A stretch of 64,000 nt of DNA, taken from Oopsacas minuta. Lineage: Eukaryota > Animalia > Porifera. The notes under the pieces were generated by a model that worked only from the letters and a program-made list of their open reading frames with translations, did no database searches and was not told where the DNA came from. Location of the stretch: positions 1 through 64,000 of the forward strand of contig JAKMXF010000314.1 of NCBI GenBank assembly GCA_024704765.1, written 5' to 3'. Numbering within the stretch: position 1 is the first letter of the stretch; the number at the start of each line of letters is the position of its first letter. Of this stretch, positions 1 through 13,999 are shown one piece after another. A program made the position numbers and the translations under genes.

Positions 1-99
1 AATTTCATGTGTATGTATGATGGTCAGAAAAAACTTATACATTCACTATTGTACTACTAATGCAGGTTTACAAAATGAGAATCCAATGATAATTCTTCA

Positions 100-2400
100 T
101 TAAACACCAATTAATGATTGTGTCAATCTTTCCACAATAAAGTCAAAAGGCTCATTTCAAATTCGGTCACCATTTGGCGACACCAATATTCAGATGATAA
201 TCGATCTAGCAATGTACAGTTAGGGTTGCTTATTATGAACAACTTGGGGACCAAAAATGTGTCCACAATAAAGAAACTTCATATCATGCGAACTCGACTT
301 AATACAAATCTTATGTAATTGGTATACAGAGGCTATATAGTTAGTCGATACTGAGCAAATTTTCATAATAAGCGACCCTGTGTACGTATATGCATTTCTA
401 ATATTGGTATCGTCTAGTGGTGACAACGTTTAGATTTATGATCCTTTGACAGTAATTATCAATTAGTGTTTCTGTAGTAATGGAGGAGAGCATTTTCAAT
501 GGACTATGATGTTGGTGTAGATCTAAATGTGCTTGCCAACACAATCATAGTACGTAAATGAAAGATAGTAGTATATGCCATAGAGTATGCGAACCAAATA
601 TGTAAATGCTTGGTAAACAATATCTCACAGGAAAGTCAACAAAATTATGCAAAAATTTGACATAACAAACGTCCGATGTTCTGAAACATGAGAAAATAAT
701 ACTTTTTTTAATGTTCAACAACAATGTACAAAAAAATCGAGAATTCATAGACGTCCATATGACTTCTACTTGGTCTTCTATTTTTATCCAAATTCAACAT
801 CAAGAAGTACATCGAATATTCAAATGAAGTGTGTTCTCGAAAATCTTGCGATAACTTCCCACTCGTGAAGTGTTTACTTAGCGAGTGAATTTTAATCCTT
901 CCACTTCAAGTAAATCCATAAGAGTTCAAGACTTTTTTCACTCAAACATGCTTGTTCTGTCACTGAGGGAGTACTGCCAAGTCTTCGTAAATTTACGTAG
1001 ACTACGCTAACTTGACTGCTATCTACGTATCTACGTATGAAAACATATTTCTATGTATTTCTAGCGAAATCCAGTTACGTTTAATGCTTCTTGTTAACAT
1101 CTAACTGCTACCATATAAATTTGTAATCTAATAGTTTGTCGTATGTAGATAGGGATTATAGCTTGTTGTTTACAAACGCGAAAGCGTCCATATATCTACA
1201 GTTATTTATGGTTATTAATCCAAAATTGTTGGCTAATCGCATTTGTAAAAGCAAATTAAGACCTGTTGAGTTTATTAAGGGATCTTAAAGTCCTCCGCAT
1301 AAAATTTGGTTTCTGCTTAAATTTTTCGGTCAATCTCCGTAAATTTTTCTGAATTCACTTGGCAGCACTGCACTGACGTCAAAGATTACTCCACTGCCGA
1401 TAATCTCTTTAGCTTCCTTAGCAACTTGACGGTTATCTTCTTCTTGACCAAATTGTTGTTTGAAAGTTCAGCCACTACTACAGGTGAAGAATCTTCCAAA
1501 TTGACAATTTTTCTGATGCTTTAAAATCGGTGATAACGGGATCTCTGTTACTCTATGTAAAAGTTAATAAGCTCTTTCTCCAAAGAAGGGAGATGCCCTA
1601 TTTTTAGTTTTGCTCCCCGAGGAATTTTGCAATTCCATCATTTAGATATTAGATTTTACAAGATTTATTGGACTTTTTCTAATTAACCACTAACATTCTC
1701 ACGAATGAAACGGCAGTCTAATTTTTCTTCATTAATATTTAACAAACTGGTTACTTCACTCGCAGTATCAGGAACTTTGTAATTTTTCTGGTTCAAAATT
1801 CCAAGAATATCGCGTCGGTTTAGTGGAACTTCGCGCTCCGACATGGTGGATAAATTCTGCAAATCCCAAAATTGGACAAAGTACTTTGTTCAATGAGTAT
1901 AAAATTTAGAGTGGAAAGATATTCAAATTATTGACAAGTACTTAAGTTTTCCCGTATCAAATAAATATTACCGTTGTTAGCAACTAAGTACTGAGAAAGG
2001 AATTGACAGGTACAATGCATGTTGCGCATCGAAGCGGAGCTTACTATTTGAATATGTGGTATATGATATATCATACTTAATCACACATGAATTCCAATCT
2101 ATCCTTAGCTCTCCCCATTTTCCCTGCACTTTTCGCTTCTCATATTTTTGATAATTTCTAGATCTTAAGGACCCTACTTCAAAATGGAAAATTGAGGAAG
2201 TGCAATTATTATTAACAACTTTTACATTTAGAATAGTATAATTCACTTTGATTAGAAATATTATTAAGAATAAAACATTGGGCTGAAAATTCTTTGTAAT
2301 ATACTCTGGTGAAATTTCACGAATTCCCAGCAACCGCATATCTCGAATTTTAACCTCTATTTGCTGAATCTTTCGACGATCCAATGACATGCTTATGGGC
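100..2400 (-). mobile_element. Heavily decayed DDE transposase, possibly Transib
   Basis: Broken minus-strand reading frames give, in the expected order, YGFx*SG (~900; compare first-Asp motif GFDGSG), IWTSMNSRFFC (~750; compare W.NP.PSSTRxCRP) and LSPLDDTNIR (~420; compare GLSPLH..IR). Many stops and frameshifts; no termini found. Confidence 0.35.
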
Positions 2401-2965
2401 TTTAAATTCCCTTAATTTTCGAACACCCATTATTTAGGTATTCAGGGTTCCAGTATACAAATATTGGCATTTGGGACACTTCAATTTTTTGCTCTAACCG
2501 GTGCCCCAAACCACTATGACAGGGTCGCTTTGAGATGCCAGTCTACCAGAGATATCCATATTATCTGTCTTGAAACTATCTTTCCTAGCCAAATTTCCCT
2601 CTATTTTCTCATCATTTGTTACAAGCCTCTACCCCTTCTTCGGAGCTTTCCTTTAAACCATTTACAAAGTTAGAATCACTAATCAATTCCTCATAGTGGG
2701 TAATTTTTTGTATGACTTTGTGTGATTCTCCAAAACAGTGAACTAAGACGAATAGTTGTATTTTTTCACTCTACCCAATTCCACTATATTCACTTTTACT
2801 AGTATTATACGAATATTCTTCAATCCATAATATAAGCTTTTTGTAGTTATTTGCACCCTCGCAAGTTTACTTTTGTCATATATTGTGTTTACACATTTCT
2901 AAATCTGTTTATCAACATTTTCCACACTTCTAAAACTATTCAGGGCCCCAAAGCACTGTACATAC

Positions 2966-5695
2966 TAGGCCGGATCGAGAAAAGTATAAATCGTTGGTTC
3001 AACTTCCACATATGGGAAAAGTTTCCTTACCCTTTTCTAGGGAATGCGAGACTTAATTTGAAAGATATTTTGATTTGACTCTTGCGGTTTTATATTTTGC
3101 TGTTTCACTTTCGCAAAATTGATGTTTAATTGTCCGAATTTTCACTTTCCTTTGACTTAGCCCCTTTATATATATTTTTTGCTATTAGTAAGTCTCAAAT
3201 TTGCTTTCGAATGGTGTATTAATCTAATTTCTATGTCCAAGGATGCTCAAGTCATCAAGATTTTTTGCATTTTTTATCATACTCTAATATTATTACCCAC
3301 CCCATTTTTCCGATTATTTGAAATTTCCATTTTCTTACTAAAAATGCTATACAATCACCAAACTTTGTATATTTCTGTATGTAGATCCAAATTCATCATT
3401 AGGTTACCACAAAGAAATTTTACGAACATTCCTTATGTCTTGTTCTTAACTTAGTTACCATTTATCTAGCATCGAATTTATGGACAATTATAGTATCTAA
3501 ATAAATACTCGATCAAATCATTCACATTATAGAGTGATTATATTCCTATATTTTGTTTATTTGAATATGGCAAAATACACGCCTAGTAAAGTATTTCATC
3601 TTGTTTTTGGCTATCCAGGACCCATTCCAGGAAATCAACCTCCAACAAAACTAGATCTATACAATCATTATAGAATGTTTAGAAATGAAGATTCTGAATT
3701 AACTAGAGACGATATAGCGACAGAATTAACTGAAGTATTAGTGCGTATCTATAATTTGGCTTCCATACCCATTATATCAGAGCTTGAAATAAAACAGTAC
3801 ACCTTTTCTAATTTTATTGAGAGAGCTAAATACTACGGAAATAGTATCCAAAGCAAGCAACAACCTGACCGTATACAGCCTATTTATTTCCGAATTCAAT
3901 GTCTTGTTCGGCGTCTCAAGTTGCAAATGCCTAATTCAGGAAGGTAAATGTTTTCACAAGACTATCAATGATATATCTGTAATATCTTTTGATGGCCGTA
4001 TAGATCAAACTCGAGAACTGGTAGAAAGAGAAGATGGACATTTGCATCAGGATACTGCAAATGAAGAACATTATACTGTCTTATCTGAATCGGGGAATCA
4101 GTATGTTGCCCATGTAACTCCAAGTACTGGTAAAGCCAAAGACACAGCAAGGGGATTGTCTGATCCTTGCAGGGATCGTAATTCAAATAAATGGCGGTTG
4201 GAGCTGATGGAGTTCGAGTTAACACTAATCTATAATCGGTGTTTTAGATTACTTGAACTAGAGTTCACAAAACCACTTCACTGGTTTATTGGCCAGTTAC
4301 ATGGTAATGAACTTCCATTGGGGGATCTCTTTCAAAAAATAGATGGAAAAACCAGTGAAACCCAATTCTTTTAAAGGAATAATTGGCAAAGATCTTAATT
4401 GTGATTTACTTGCAAACAAATTGCAGCGTATCATCCTTTATGCGGTAAAACTCAACTTATTGTTGCGATATTCTCAAGAATTTAATAAAGATCAGAAATA
4501 TCTCTATAATATCTGTCATGCAGTTCAGACAGGCATTTGCTCATCTGAACTCGCATCGATGCAACCTGGTCCTATAAATCATGCTTGATGGACAACACTG
4601 CCAACAGATTACTTAGGTCATACATTTCATTTCTACGATACATCCCACACATGAATTGTCCTGACTTGTCAATTTTATTGTCAATTATTATGCACCAGTT
4701 TGGTTTAGAATCAAGAGTTACAAGATCTACACAGATGGGCCTAAAAATATTTTTTGTGATATCTTTACTGCGAGAGCTATCGGAGTCTGACCAAGAAGTA
4801 AGTTGCGATGTGATACAGAGAAGCTCATATTTTTGTCATCCAGAAATCTCCTGTTATCGATGCTTGCAGATAATGATGAACAAATTCGACAAAAGGCAGT
4901 GAGGACTATTTTAGTATCCGAATTTAAAGTTCATCATTTAGACCGATTGAAATTGGTCCATTTAATCTTCCTTCAATAAGGTTCACGGCTGAAACATATG
5001 TGGATATGATTGATTGGGAAACCTCTTTTATCACAGAACCGCCTTTTCAAGATACTTCTCAAAAGAAGTACTAATTAATTGTGCACGTGCTCCACTAGAA
5101 GTTCCAGCATATCCATGCCATATACAAGCTGTTGAAAGAACTATTCAATTAGTCACTAAAAGTTCGTGTTCAGTAACAGGAGAAGATGCAAGACACGGAT
5201 TAATTCTTTCAACCCTAACATCAAGAGAAAGAATGCCCGTATTTGAGTCCAAGAAAGATTATACATGTTAAATATACTTGATATATCATAATTTAATCAT
5301 TTATTACGATAAAGAACAAAGCTAGTAATTTTCAAATAATCGGAAAAAAAGGGGATGGGTAATATTATTAGAGTATGATAGAAAATGAAAGTAAATCTTG
5401 ATAACTTGAGTATCCTTGGACATAGAAATTAGATTAATACACAATTAGATAGCAAATATGCGACTTACTATTATCAAATAATATATGCAAAGGGGCTAAG
5501 TCGAAGGAATTGAAAATTCGGGCTATTAAAAATCAATTGTGCGAAAGTGACCCAGCAAAAATATACAACCGCAAAGGTCAAATTGAAATATTTTTTCGAA
5601 TTTAAGTTGCGCATTTTTCCTAGAAAAGGGTAGAAGCAGCTTTTCCCTTAGATAGTAGTTGAACCGAGGATTTATACATTTCTCGATCCGTCCTA
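2966..5695 (+). mobile_element. hAT-related (hATx/hATm-like) DNA transposon with long TIRs and a frameshifted transposase
   Basis: Termini TAGGCCGGATCGAGAAA...TTTCTCGATCCGTCCTA; imperfect TIRs of about 365 bp (2966-~3330 vs ~5328-5695); perfect 8-bp TSD GTACATAC (2958-2965 and 5696-5703). ORF fragments 3534-5271 carry FDGRID, LHWFIGQLHGNELP, PGPINHA/TTANRLLR and PCHIQAVERTIQLVT. Confidence 0.85.
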
Positions 5696-5882
5696 GTACA
5701 TACTATTGGTTACTTTTCTTTGTATTCGTTGTATTTTGTTCAAAAATAATTTTACATTTTAATATGTAAATAGTTATTCCTAAATCTCTGTGGTTAGCTT
5801 GTTATGTACAAACTTTGTTTACTATATTTTAGAACTATAGATTTCCATCTATATTTCACGTGAACCTTTATGTTATTTATAG

Positions 5883-6182
5883 GCCACTGTTTGTACTGAA
5901 ATTATTGGCTGGAGAGAGCGGACACGACATTTATTACTGATGGCTACAGATGCTGATTTCCATGTCGCAGGTGATGGCAAACTTGGGGGAGTTGTTCGTC
6001 CTCATGATGGTGAATGTCATCTAAGAAGAGAAATTGATCAATTATTTACATATATACAATCTGGCGAGTATGACTATCCTAGTTTATATCAAATAAATGA
6101 TAATCTTGTTAAAGAAGATATTGTACCCCTATTTGCCGTTACTAATAGAGAAGAATATGACAGACTTGTTTCTAATGACACT
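5883..6182 (+). CDS. ITGB: Integrin beta subunit, internal exon (beta-I/vWA domain C-terminal half)
   Basis: Encodes CTEIIGWRERTRHLLLMATDADFHVAGDGKLGGVVRPHDGECHL...YDYPS...IVPLFAVT, matching the integrin beta motif GWR...TDAxFHxAGDGKLGG..PNDGxCHL..DYPS. Acceptor AG at 5881-5882, donor GTGAGT at 6183; 300 nt, phase 0/0. Confidence 0.93.
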
Positions 6183-8649
6183 GTGAGTTTTGTACTTATC
6201 ACTATTCTCTTTAATTCTGATACTAGGAAAGTCTTTCATTGGCATAATGGCTTTAGGCAATAATATCAACTCTAGAGCCCCATAATCTATGGATCTCGCA
6301 ACTGTTATTGGTTGAATATGCTCTATTTTCAATTTATTGTATTTGTTATAAGAGCCTTATGGTCCCGATTGATCAATTAATTTCCGAATATATTTCCCTT
6401 TCTGGCCTCAGTTGGGCGATTCGGAAGTCGATAATTCGTGTACCACTAAAACTATAATTCATTTCCACATTATAATATAATTTTCGACTACTAAATTCGG
6501 ATTACTTAATTATTATCCCCAATATACCCTGAGAGGAAGTCTCTAAACACTATAAATAGTGTTGTATGAATTGTTTATATCATTTTAATATTACAATAAT
6601 ATTTGAGATTCTTGAGAATGCGAATTTCGTATTAGCCATGCTTTGATTACCCCTCATCTGAAGATTATATCATCATTCTAAATACGAGTTTCAATGTCTT
6701 CTATCAAAAGGGTACTAGTTGAATTGTCCTCTTTTTCTATTCCAATTTCGTCCTTATACGGCTTTTCTTAACCACTTGAATGGTTTAGGTTGCGACATCT
6801 CTCTCTTTCATTCAGCTACCTCAAATATGACCTTCGACAAGTGTCGTTTAGGACAATTTTACCTTTTGTTTGATTCGTAATATTTGCAATCCTAAAATCT
6901 AATTTCTTCATTAACCGAGTATGGCCGAAGTCTTTGAGTTGAGAAGATCTCTCCCTCTTTTTGAAAAAGATCTTTCTGCTATGGCAATGCCGCAAAATGC
7001 TACCAAAAGTGACTGCTTCATTATACAACAGTAGTCAATATTACTCAACTATAACCAAATACGGCCAAGTTCATCGAAAAACAGTCTTTGGAGGTAGTGG
7101 CTATACAGATTGACTAAATCCTGTGATAGGATAATTTGGATTAATATTCTATATGTTGGAATTGGTGCTTATCAGGATATTCGCCTTCCAACCTCCCCCA
7201 CTTATAGAGAGTCTAATGTACTATAAATATACAATTGTGAATTTAGTAATTTAGCTTTTCGACTTATTAATGGATATTGACAGATAAATGCCATCCCTGC
7301 TCACTATTATAACTCCAAAACCCGGAGATGTCCTATTGGCATGGACAATGTGCGACGTCCATAAGTTCGTCCACACTGCGTGCGAAATCTCGTTGTCAAA
7401 TGAACACAAAGATTGGCAAACATATACATTTTTGGTGGCAGATTTGCACCTTGGTTATGAATTTTTTCTAAAATGAATATCTCACACCTTTTTTGCGAGT
7501 AATCATATTTTCACACCTTTCTATGTAAATACAAAAGCAAGCTAGAGATTAAGTTTCAAAATGTTGTCAGGTGTAATTAGTTTCGGAGAGTCGGATTTCG
7601 ACTATTTCAGAGTATAAAAGTTTCAAATTCACATATTAATCACATGAATAATCATGTTTTCAAAAGTATTTACATCATTTGTGCATGAACTTCGATATCA
7701 AACATCTCAAGTTCAATCCTGTTTCCTAGATCGATCCTGTATGGAAATCTTTGCGTTTATGTAATTCTTTACTCTTGAGAACAACCATTAGTTGCATGGA
7801 GCAAGTTCAGGTCAGAAAGATGAATTATAGTTTGGTTACCTCCATCTATAGCATAGCATGCTATAGATGGAGGTTACTTTTGTAAGACTTGGCATTTTTT
7901 CCAATAGCTTGTGTCCTCTTGGTCCTTCGCTCCCAGTAGTGTTTTTTTACTTATGAGTTCTGATAGGCAGTTACTAGCCTACAATTCTCTAGTAATTGTT
8001 TACCCCTTTGAGGCTATAGTCTGAGCAACTGGATCTTGTGTATCGTAAACAATTGATTACAGAACCTTGTGGTCACTGAAGCCCGGCCTTGGATTTAGTG
8101 GAGGCCCATTTTCTTTTAGTACTCAAAACCATATCTGTTTCCTTTGACAGGGGCTCGTCATACATGATCCTTTATTCATTATCAGTAATTATCTCTTGTA
8201 ATCTCCCTTGATCTGCTTGTTCACACTAGCCATGAAGATTCCTAGTATATTACATTATTGTCTTATTGAGCATTTATCTGCTAATGGGGCAAATGTTGGT
8301 AGCTTTCATCTCATCAATTAGACAGTGTCCGCTGCTTACGTTGATATTCCAACGCATTGCTATCTCTTTCACCGTTAAATGAATATGTTTTCCACCAACC
8401 ACTCATTTTCAATGTTATTTCCGCTACTCGTAACTGATTTGGGCAGTCGCTTCGGGAGCAATTCCAAAGACTCTTACACTTCACGAAAACCCTTTACCCA
8501 GTATTTGACGTTGTAATAGGAACAATCCTGAGGTCAGCAAGAATATCACTTGGAGGAAGCCCTAGTAGTGTATGTTATATAATCTAGGTTCTTCGCGCAA
8601 GTTCGATATCAGTTTCCAAAATCCTTTAGGAATTGTGGGCCCTTATGTA

Positions 8650-9991
8650 CAGGGTGTATCATAATATAATTATTGTCGGGTTCTAGGAAATATTCCAACA
8701 CGCAAAAAGTGGATCGTTTAAGCTAATTATTTATTTATGTAATCTCCTTCGCATTCTATAACTGATCTAATCCTATTAGCCATACTTGCTACTAAATATT
8801 CCGAAATTTTTGGATCGCTGCCCTCCCAAGCCTTTTTTTGCTTGAGAAATTAAATGATCCAGCTTCGTCACTTTCTCCATTTGGCTGTCGCTATCTTTCA
8901 GAATAGACCATAGATTCTCACTAGGATTGAGGTCGGGTGAGTTTCCTGGCCACTCTTCTTTCATCCAAACTTTGGGAGATTCTTTTCACACATGAACTGA
9001 GTCAAATTTGTAGTGCGTGCTGGAAAACCATCCTGCATAAAAATACAACTGGACATATCTGAGAGCATTGATCGCTCTAAAATTGTCCCATTTTCTGAAT
9101 CGCGTTATATGGTATCCTTACGGTTTTATTCAAAATATAGTTACGATAGTAGCATCATTTATTGTCTGTTTTGGAGGCATTATATGGAGTTCAGAGACAG
9201 CTCGATGGGACATCATGCCCCAGACATGAATTTTCCCTGGAAATTTGACTTGAACGCAAGGTTCAACATTGTCTGAATTTTTAGCCCATACCCGGTCGGT
9301 TTGGAGTATTGAACAATTGAAAAGGTGCTTCATCAGACCACAAATACCTGTTTCCATTTTTCCACAGTCCATTCTTTGCGAGATTCTGCAAATTTGAGTC
9401 GTTTTTCCTTCATTTTCTCCGTCAATCGCGGCCTTTTAGTCCTTTTGTAAGATTTCGCGCCAATATTATCCAGAAGATAACGATGAACGGTCGAATGCGA
9501 TATAGGATAGTCCCTTGAGGTCACTATGTCAGCCAATTTCCTAGTAGATTTGTATCTTTTTCCGAGAGATTTCGAAATTATAATTTTGGCGGCCTTTTGT
9601 ACACTCGAATTCCTCCCAGGATGGGCTACAGTTTTTTGAGATTTTCCGAGCTTCTCCTTGCGCCACCACCGTTTGATTGATCTCAAACTAACTTGGAGCT
9701 TTATAGCTACGTCTTTCTGAGTCATGCCAGTATTTAGCATGCCAATAGCTTGATTACGGATTTCCAAACCATGATCTTTGACATTCATTTTCCGAATATA
9801 TCAAGGAGCGTCAATGTGAAAACATTTTCTAAGAAATACGATCAGCCCAAGGTAGCTAAGTATTGTTTTACATAGCATTAACATAATACTTTACGATACT
9901 GCAGAACAAATTGAATTCTAATTAAGGTTGCAATACAATCCGTTACTGTATGAATATTGTTACTACCGGATAACATTTATGATGCACCCTG
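8650..9991 (-). mobile_element. Tc1-like DNA transposon (DD37E spacing), full length, frameshifted
   Basis: TA|CAGGGTGTATCATAA...TTATGATGCACCCTG|TA, 1342 bp. ORF pieces 9333-9788 (paired-like HTH, GR motif), 9130-9372 and 8776-8964 (WPGNSPDLNPSE). Confidence 0.92.
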
Positions 9992-10350
9992 TATACTTGA
10001 CTAAGGAATACCCTACTATGCATAATCCCTCACAACTTATTATGTATTTGGGACAAGGATTCACGTGTTGTCTGAAGACATGTTCCGTCTGTTTGTTTGA
10101 TCGTGATTTCTTGGCGTAATAAAGAGTTATAGGCTATATATTTGTTTTACAGGCTTTTTGTAATTTTTGGCTGATTTCGTATATTTCCCTATTGAACTAC
10201 GTTAGAATACGAAGTCGTAAACTTAGGTTCTTAATTATACTTTTTGATCATAAATTATACATAACTTCATCAATATTTACAGTATATATATAAATCAATA
10301 ACATCAATTGACGGAGAATTGTAGGTATGTCTCAAGCAACCCTTAGTATA

Positions 10351-11667
10351 CAGGGTGTTAAGAAATTGATGCCCTAATTATATTTGAGTAACAGTTTGAA
10401 ATCAGCGGTATAGAAAGTGGTGATCACTTTCCAATATAACCGCCTTTACGTATACATAATTTAACTCTATTACACATCCCTGATACTAAATTCTCCAAAA
10501 TTTCTGGAGATATCCTCGACCAAGCTAACTTTACGTGATTTTCCAGCATCAAAACGTTGGTTGGAGTAGGCAGCATTGAATATCATGTTTGACTATTGAC
10601 CACAAATTTTCAGTGGGATTGTGGTCCGGAGAGTTACCTGGCCAAGTTCCCGTTATCCAAAATTCGACTATATTGTTATCACACCATTCTTGCGTTTTTT
10701 GGCAGTGTGGGCCGAGCACCATCCTGTTGAAGGATGGCTCGTGACATGTCTGGCGACATCTTGCGACGTAAAATACTCGCTTCTTCTGGTTGGCGCTGCA
10801 TAGTAGACATCAATCACTTATTCAATATCTCTTTTACATAATAATCCGCTTTAACAGTTTGACCTTTGGGGATGATATGGAGTTCTGACAATGCACGATA
10901 TGACATCATACCCCAAACGAGGATTTTTGAGGGGAATTTCACGGTTTCAGTTGGTAAACTTGAGACCTTTTGGAAGCCCAGACACGATCATTCTGATCGT
11001 TTAAGTGAGGATATAATTCGAAGGGAGACTCATTTGAGAACAGTACCCAGTGCCACTCTTCGTTTTTCCAGGATTTCCGATCTTTACAAAATTGGAGGCG
11101 AGCCATCCGCTGTTTTTGAGGTTTAAAGGGCTTGACAGAGAGTGTGCTTCTTAAATATGTATGTACTGTTACATGAGACACTAGGCATCCCTTGGAGTGT
11201 AAGCGCTTAGCCAATCTCGCGTTGATTGGTGTCTTTTGCAAATCGATTTTGCAATGACGATTTTAGCAATTTTTGTGATTGTGGATTTGAGTCCACGTCC
11301 TGGCTTGTTTTCGAGGGAGCGACCTGACTTATTGCGGCTCAACCAACGTCGAATTGTTCGAATATTTAGTCCTAAGCTCTGTGAAACCCGTATCTGAGTC
11401 ATTCCACCCAATACCATTCCTACTGCCCTGCTTCTTGTGGCGAAGTAAGCTTCTTTGACCATTATTATACGCTATAATTTGTACAATCGGGTTTGATAAT
11501 ATACAAAATAGAAATTGGCATTCTGACTGAGAGTGATATACTAAAATTGTCTAAAACTGGTTGTCAAAATGAAATAAGAGTGGGTGTATTTCATAAGATT
11601 GAACACTGAAACTATGGTTACATTATTGTAGATTAAGTGATTAGGGCATCAATTTCTTAATACCCTA
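10351..11667 (-). mobile_element. Tc1-like DNA transposon (DD37E spacing), full length, frameshifted
   Basis: 28-bp TIR CAGGGTGTTAAGAAATTGATGCCCTAAT with 2 mismatches, TA on both sides, 1317 bp. ORF pieces 11181-11462 and 10939-11241; downstream QQDG...WPGNSPDHNPTE. Confidence 0.92.
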
Positions 11668-11679
11668 TAGTCCAGTTCG

Positions 11680-12700
11680 TGCAGTACAACAGTTCTGTCC
11701 ATCACAGGGCCGAAGTACTGGTATCCATCACACCAAAGCGAGAGAAACCCCAGACCCATCTATATAGTACTCATAGTTCATGCAATATTTCTTTATATCA
11801 CCGTTCTATGCTCTGAGGCTAAGCATTGCCCTATGTTTCTTCACTTTCTTAATTGCTTCATTATGTACCACATTAGTGCGCCAGGTTTCCCAAAAGGCTG
11901 AAGAGGGCGAGGTAAGATCCGTTATGCCTTTTACATATATGATCAGTTTCTTGTTAAACAAATATTCTTTTGTTAGTCCTTTCAGGTATTCTTCATTGAT
12001 TATTTTAGGGCTTGATAATTTTCAAGTTGTAATAATATATCCTGGAGTGTGTTTTCAAATACAAAATACAAATGTACAAAGTAATTCAAGAAGAAATCTA
12101 AGCCTCATCCTATTCAATGTCTCAATTCGTACCCCCCGCAAGGAAATATAATCTTTCACAGCCCCCTTTAGTCTATTTCCTCCTCGCAAACATCACCTAC
12201 TCTACTACACTACAATCCCGATTTCCAACCCGTCGATGGTCAAAAAACTTTTTCCTCTCCCTCAGCCAGCCGATCAAGACTCCTTATTCACAGATTTCCA
12301 GAGCCGAAAAATTTCCATTAACCATCGGTTGGTTAAGTCTGACCTGATGTAAATCCATTGCTTGTCCCAAAGAAACCTCTACATTGGTCAAAGTATACCA
12401 TTTGATTATTATTGAAACTAATACGTAGAATTCCCTACGAGGATGATGGCGAACCAATCATGACCCTGGTACAAATCCATCACTAAGACCATTGACTTAC
12501 CCTATATATTCCAAATCGATGATTAGACACCCCGGGTCCATTTCTCATTCAATTGTAGTAATATCCCATGTTTGACTTCAACTTCTATATCCGAATTATT
12601 GGCATTTCCAATAAATACTAAAAGGTGTAAAACTGCAGAACTAATAACCAAGAAGTTTTCTAGTAATTCTACTATGTGCAAACCACTCCCTATATACAAC
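11680..12700 (-). mobile_element. Non-LTR retrotransposon (CR1/L2-like) reverse transcriptase relic
   Basis: Degenerate minus-strand RT motifs in order: GFVPGSC (~12480), FD...WDK, QPMVNG..S...GV (~12330-12400), then LQD..L (~12050). Confidence 0.5.
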
Positions 12701-13034
12701 TTGCTACGTAATAATAATGCATTTTAGTTTTACTTTCATATATTTTGGCACCCGAGGCAAACTAGAGTTTTTTGCTACATGCAAGGGGTGTCAAATGCCT
12801 CCTTTCGCCCACTGTAAACGAAATTCTGATTTGATACCAAAAAACTGAATGGCTTTTGATAACAATACACCCGAGTTTCATTGCCTGATTAGTAGAGTCG
12901 ACAGTCCTTATTATTAAGATGTCTATGGTTTCTTTGTATAGAAACATCTAATGACAATAACAATGTCATATATGAATTCCTCAACGTAACACAAGTAATA
13001 TTGAAGTTTCTTTGGCCGCCGGATGCCTTTGGAC

Positions 13035-13727
13035 CAGGTTTAGGGACAATTAGATTTGTTCAATTACAATTAGGAATCAATTACAAGACAGGTAAAATGT
13101 TCAATTACTCTTAATTACAATTGTAGACCTACGAAAAAGTTCCAATTACAATTACATTTCAAATTTTTCCTCCAATTACAATTAATTACAATTAGGAGCC
13201 AGATGCCAATTTGTTACAGCGTTTACATTTCAATTTAAATGTGCTGCTAGTGTGATTTTCAGGTTGATCAAAGTGATCAAATATAGGAGGAGACATTGTA
13301 ACTGAAATTTTAATGTGAATACTACTTTGCAAGTTGTTATAACAAATGAAAGTTCTAATTTATATTATATTTTGACAATGACTAGTATATTTGGCTTCTT
13401 TGTTAAATGAAAATATTAATCGTTTCATTTGTTTTTTCACAGGTTACGTGCATTTTTAGTTTTTATGCTGCAGTGATATTTATAGGAACTTAGTGTGTTC
13501 ATGAATACACAAAGTTTGGAATTGTGTGTTCTCGAACGCACAGAATTTTATAATTCACTGGCACATTTCACACCCATAAAAAACCAAAAATGTAATTGAT
13601 ATATAATTGAACTATTACACCAAATTGGAAATCAATTATGATTAGTTAAGATTATAAGACTCCTGAAATTTTCAATTACAATTTAATTACAATTACACAA
13701 TTATGATTGTAATTGATCCCAACCCTG
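13035..13727. mobile_element. Non-autonomous hAT element (MITE) with CAATTA subterminal arrays
   Basis: Ends CAGGTTTAGGGACAATTA / TAATTGATCCCAACCCTG; perfect 8-bp TSD CTTTGGAC (13027-13034 and 13728-13735); many CAATTA(CAATTA) motifs near both ends. Confidence 0.85.
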
Positions 13728-13788
13728 CTTTGGACCCCCTTGCAGAAGTATTTGCTCACAATTCTCAGACATTATATTTAGTAGATTA

Positions 13789-13974
13789 CAGTAGAACTCG
13801 GATAAGACGTACCCCCTCGGGAAACAGAAATTAGTACGTCTTAACCGAGTGTACGTCTTATCCGAATATGTTTCCATTACAAATAGTGATGACTGATATT
13901 TTGGGATATAAGAAATAGTACGTCTTAACCGAGTGTACGTCTTAAGCCGAGTACGTCTTATCCGAGTTCTACTG
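13789..13974. mobile_element. pogo/Tigger-type MITE
   Basis: Perfect 24-bp TIR CAGTAGAACTCGGATAAGACGTAC, TA TSD, 186 bp; internal repeats of GTACGTCTTAACCGAGT. Confidence 0.9.
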
Positions 13975-13999
13975 TATATGAAATCTATGGACATAATAT

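Noticed and set aside
6183-6263. Continuation of the 5940-6263 ORF as coding sequence
   Set aside because: Integrin similarity stops at the GTGAGT donor (6183); the remainder is intron read-through.
7900-8640. Possible LINE fragment left of the first Tc1
   Set aside because: The motif-like pieces are too degenerate and their order is inconsistent with the RT relic at 11.7-12.7 kb.
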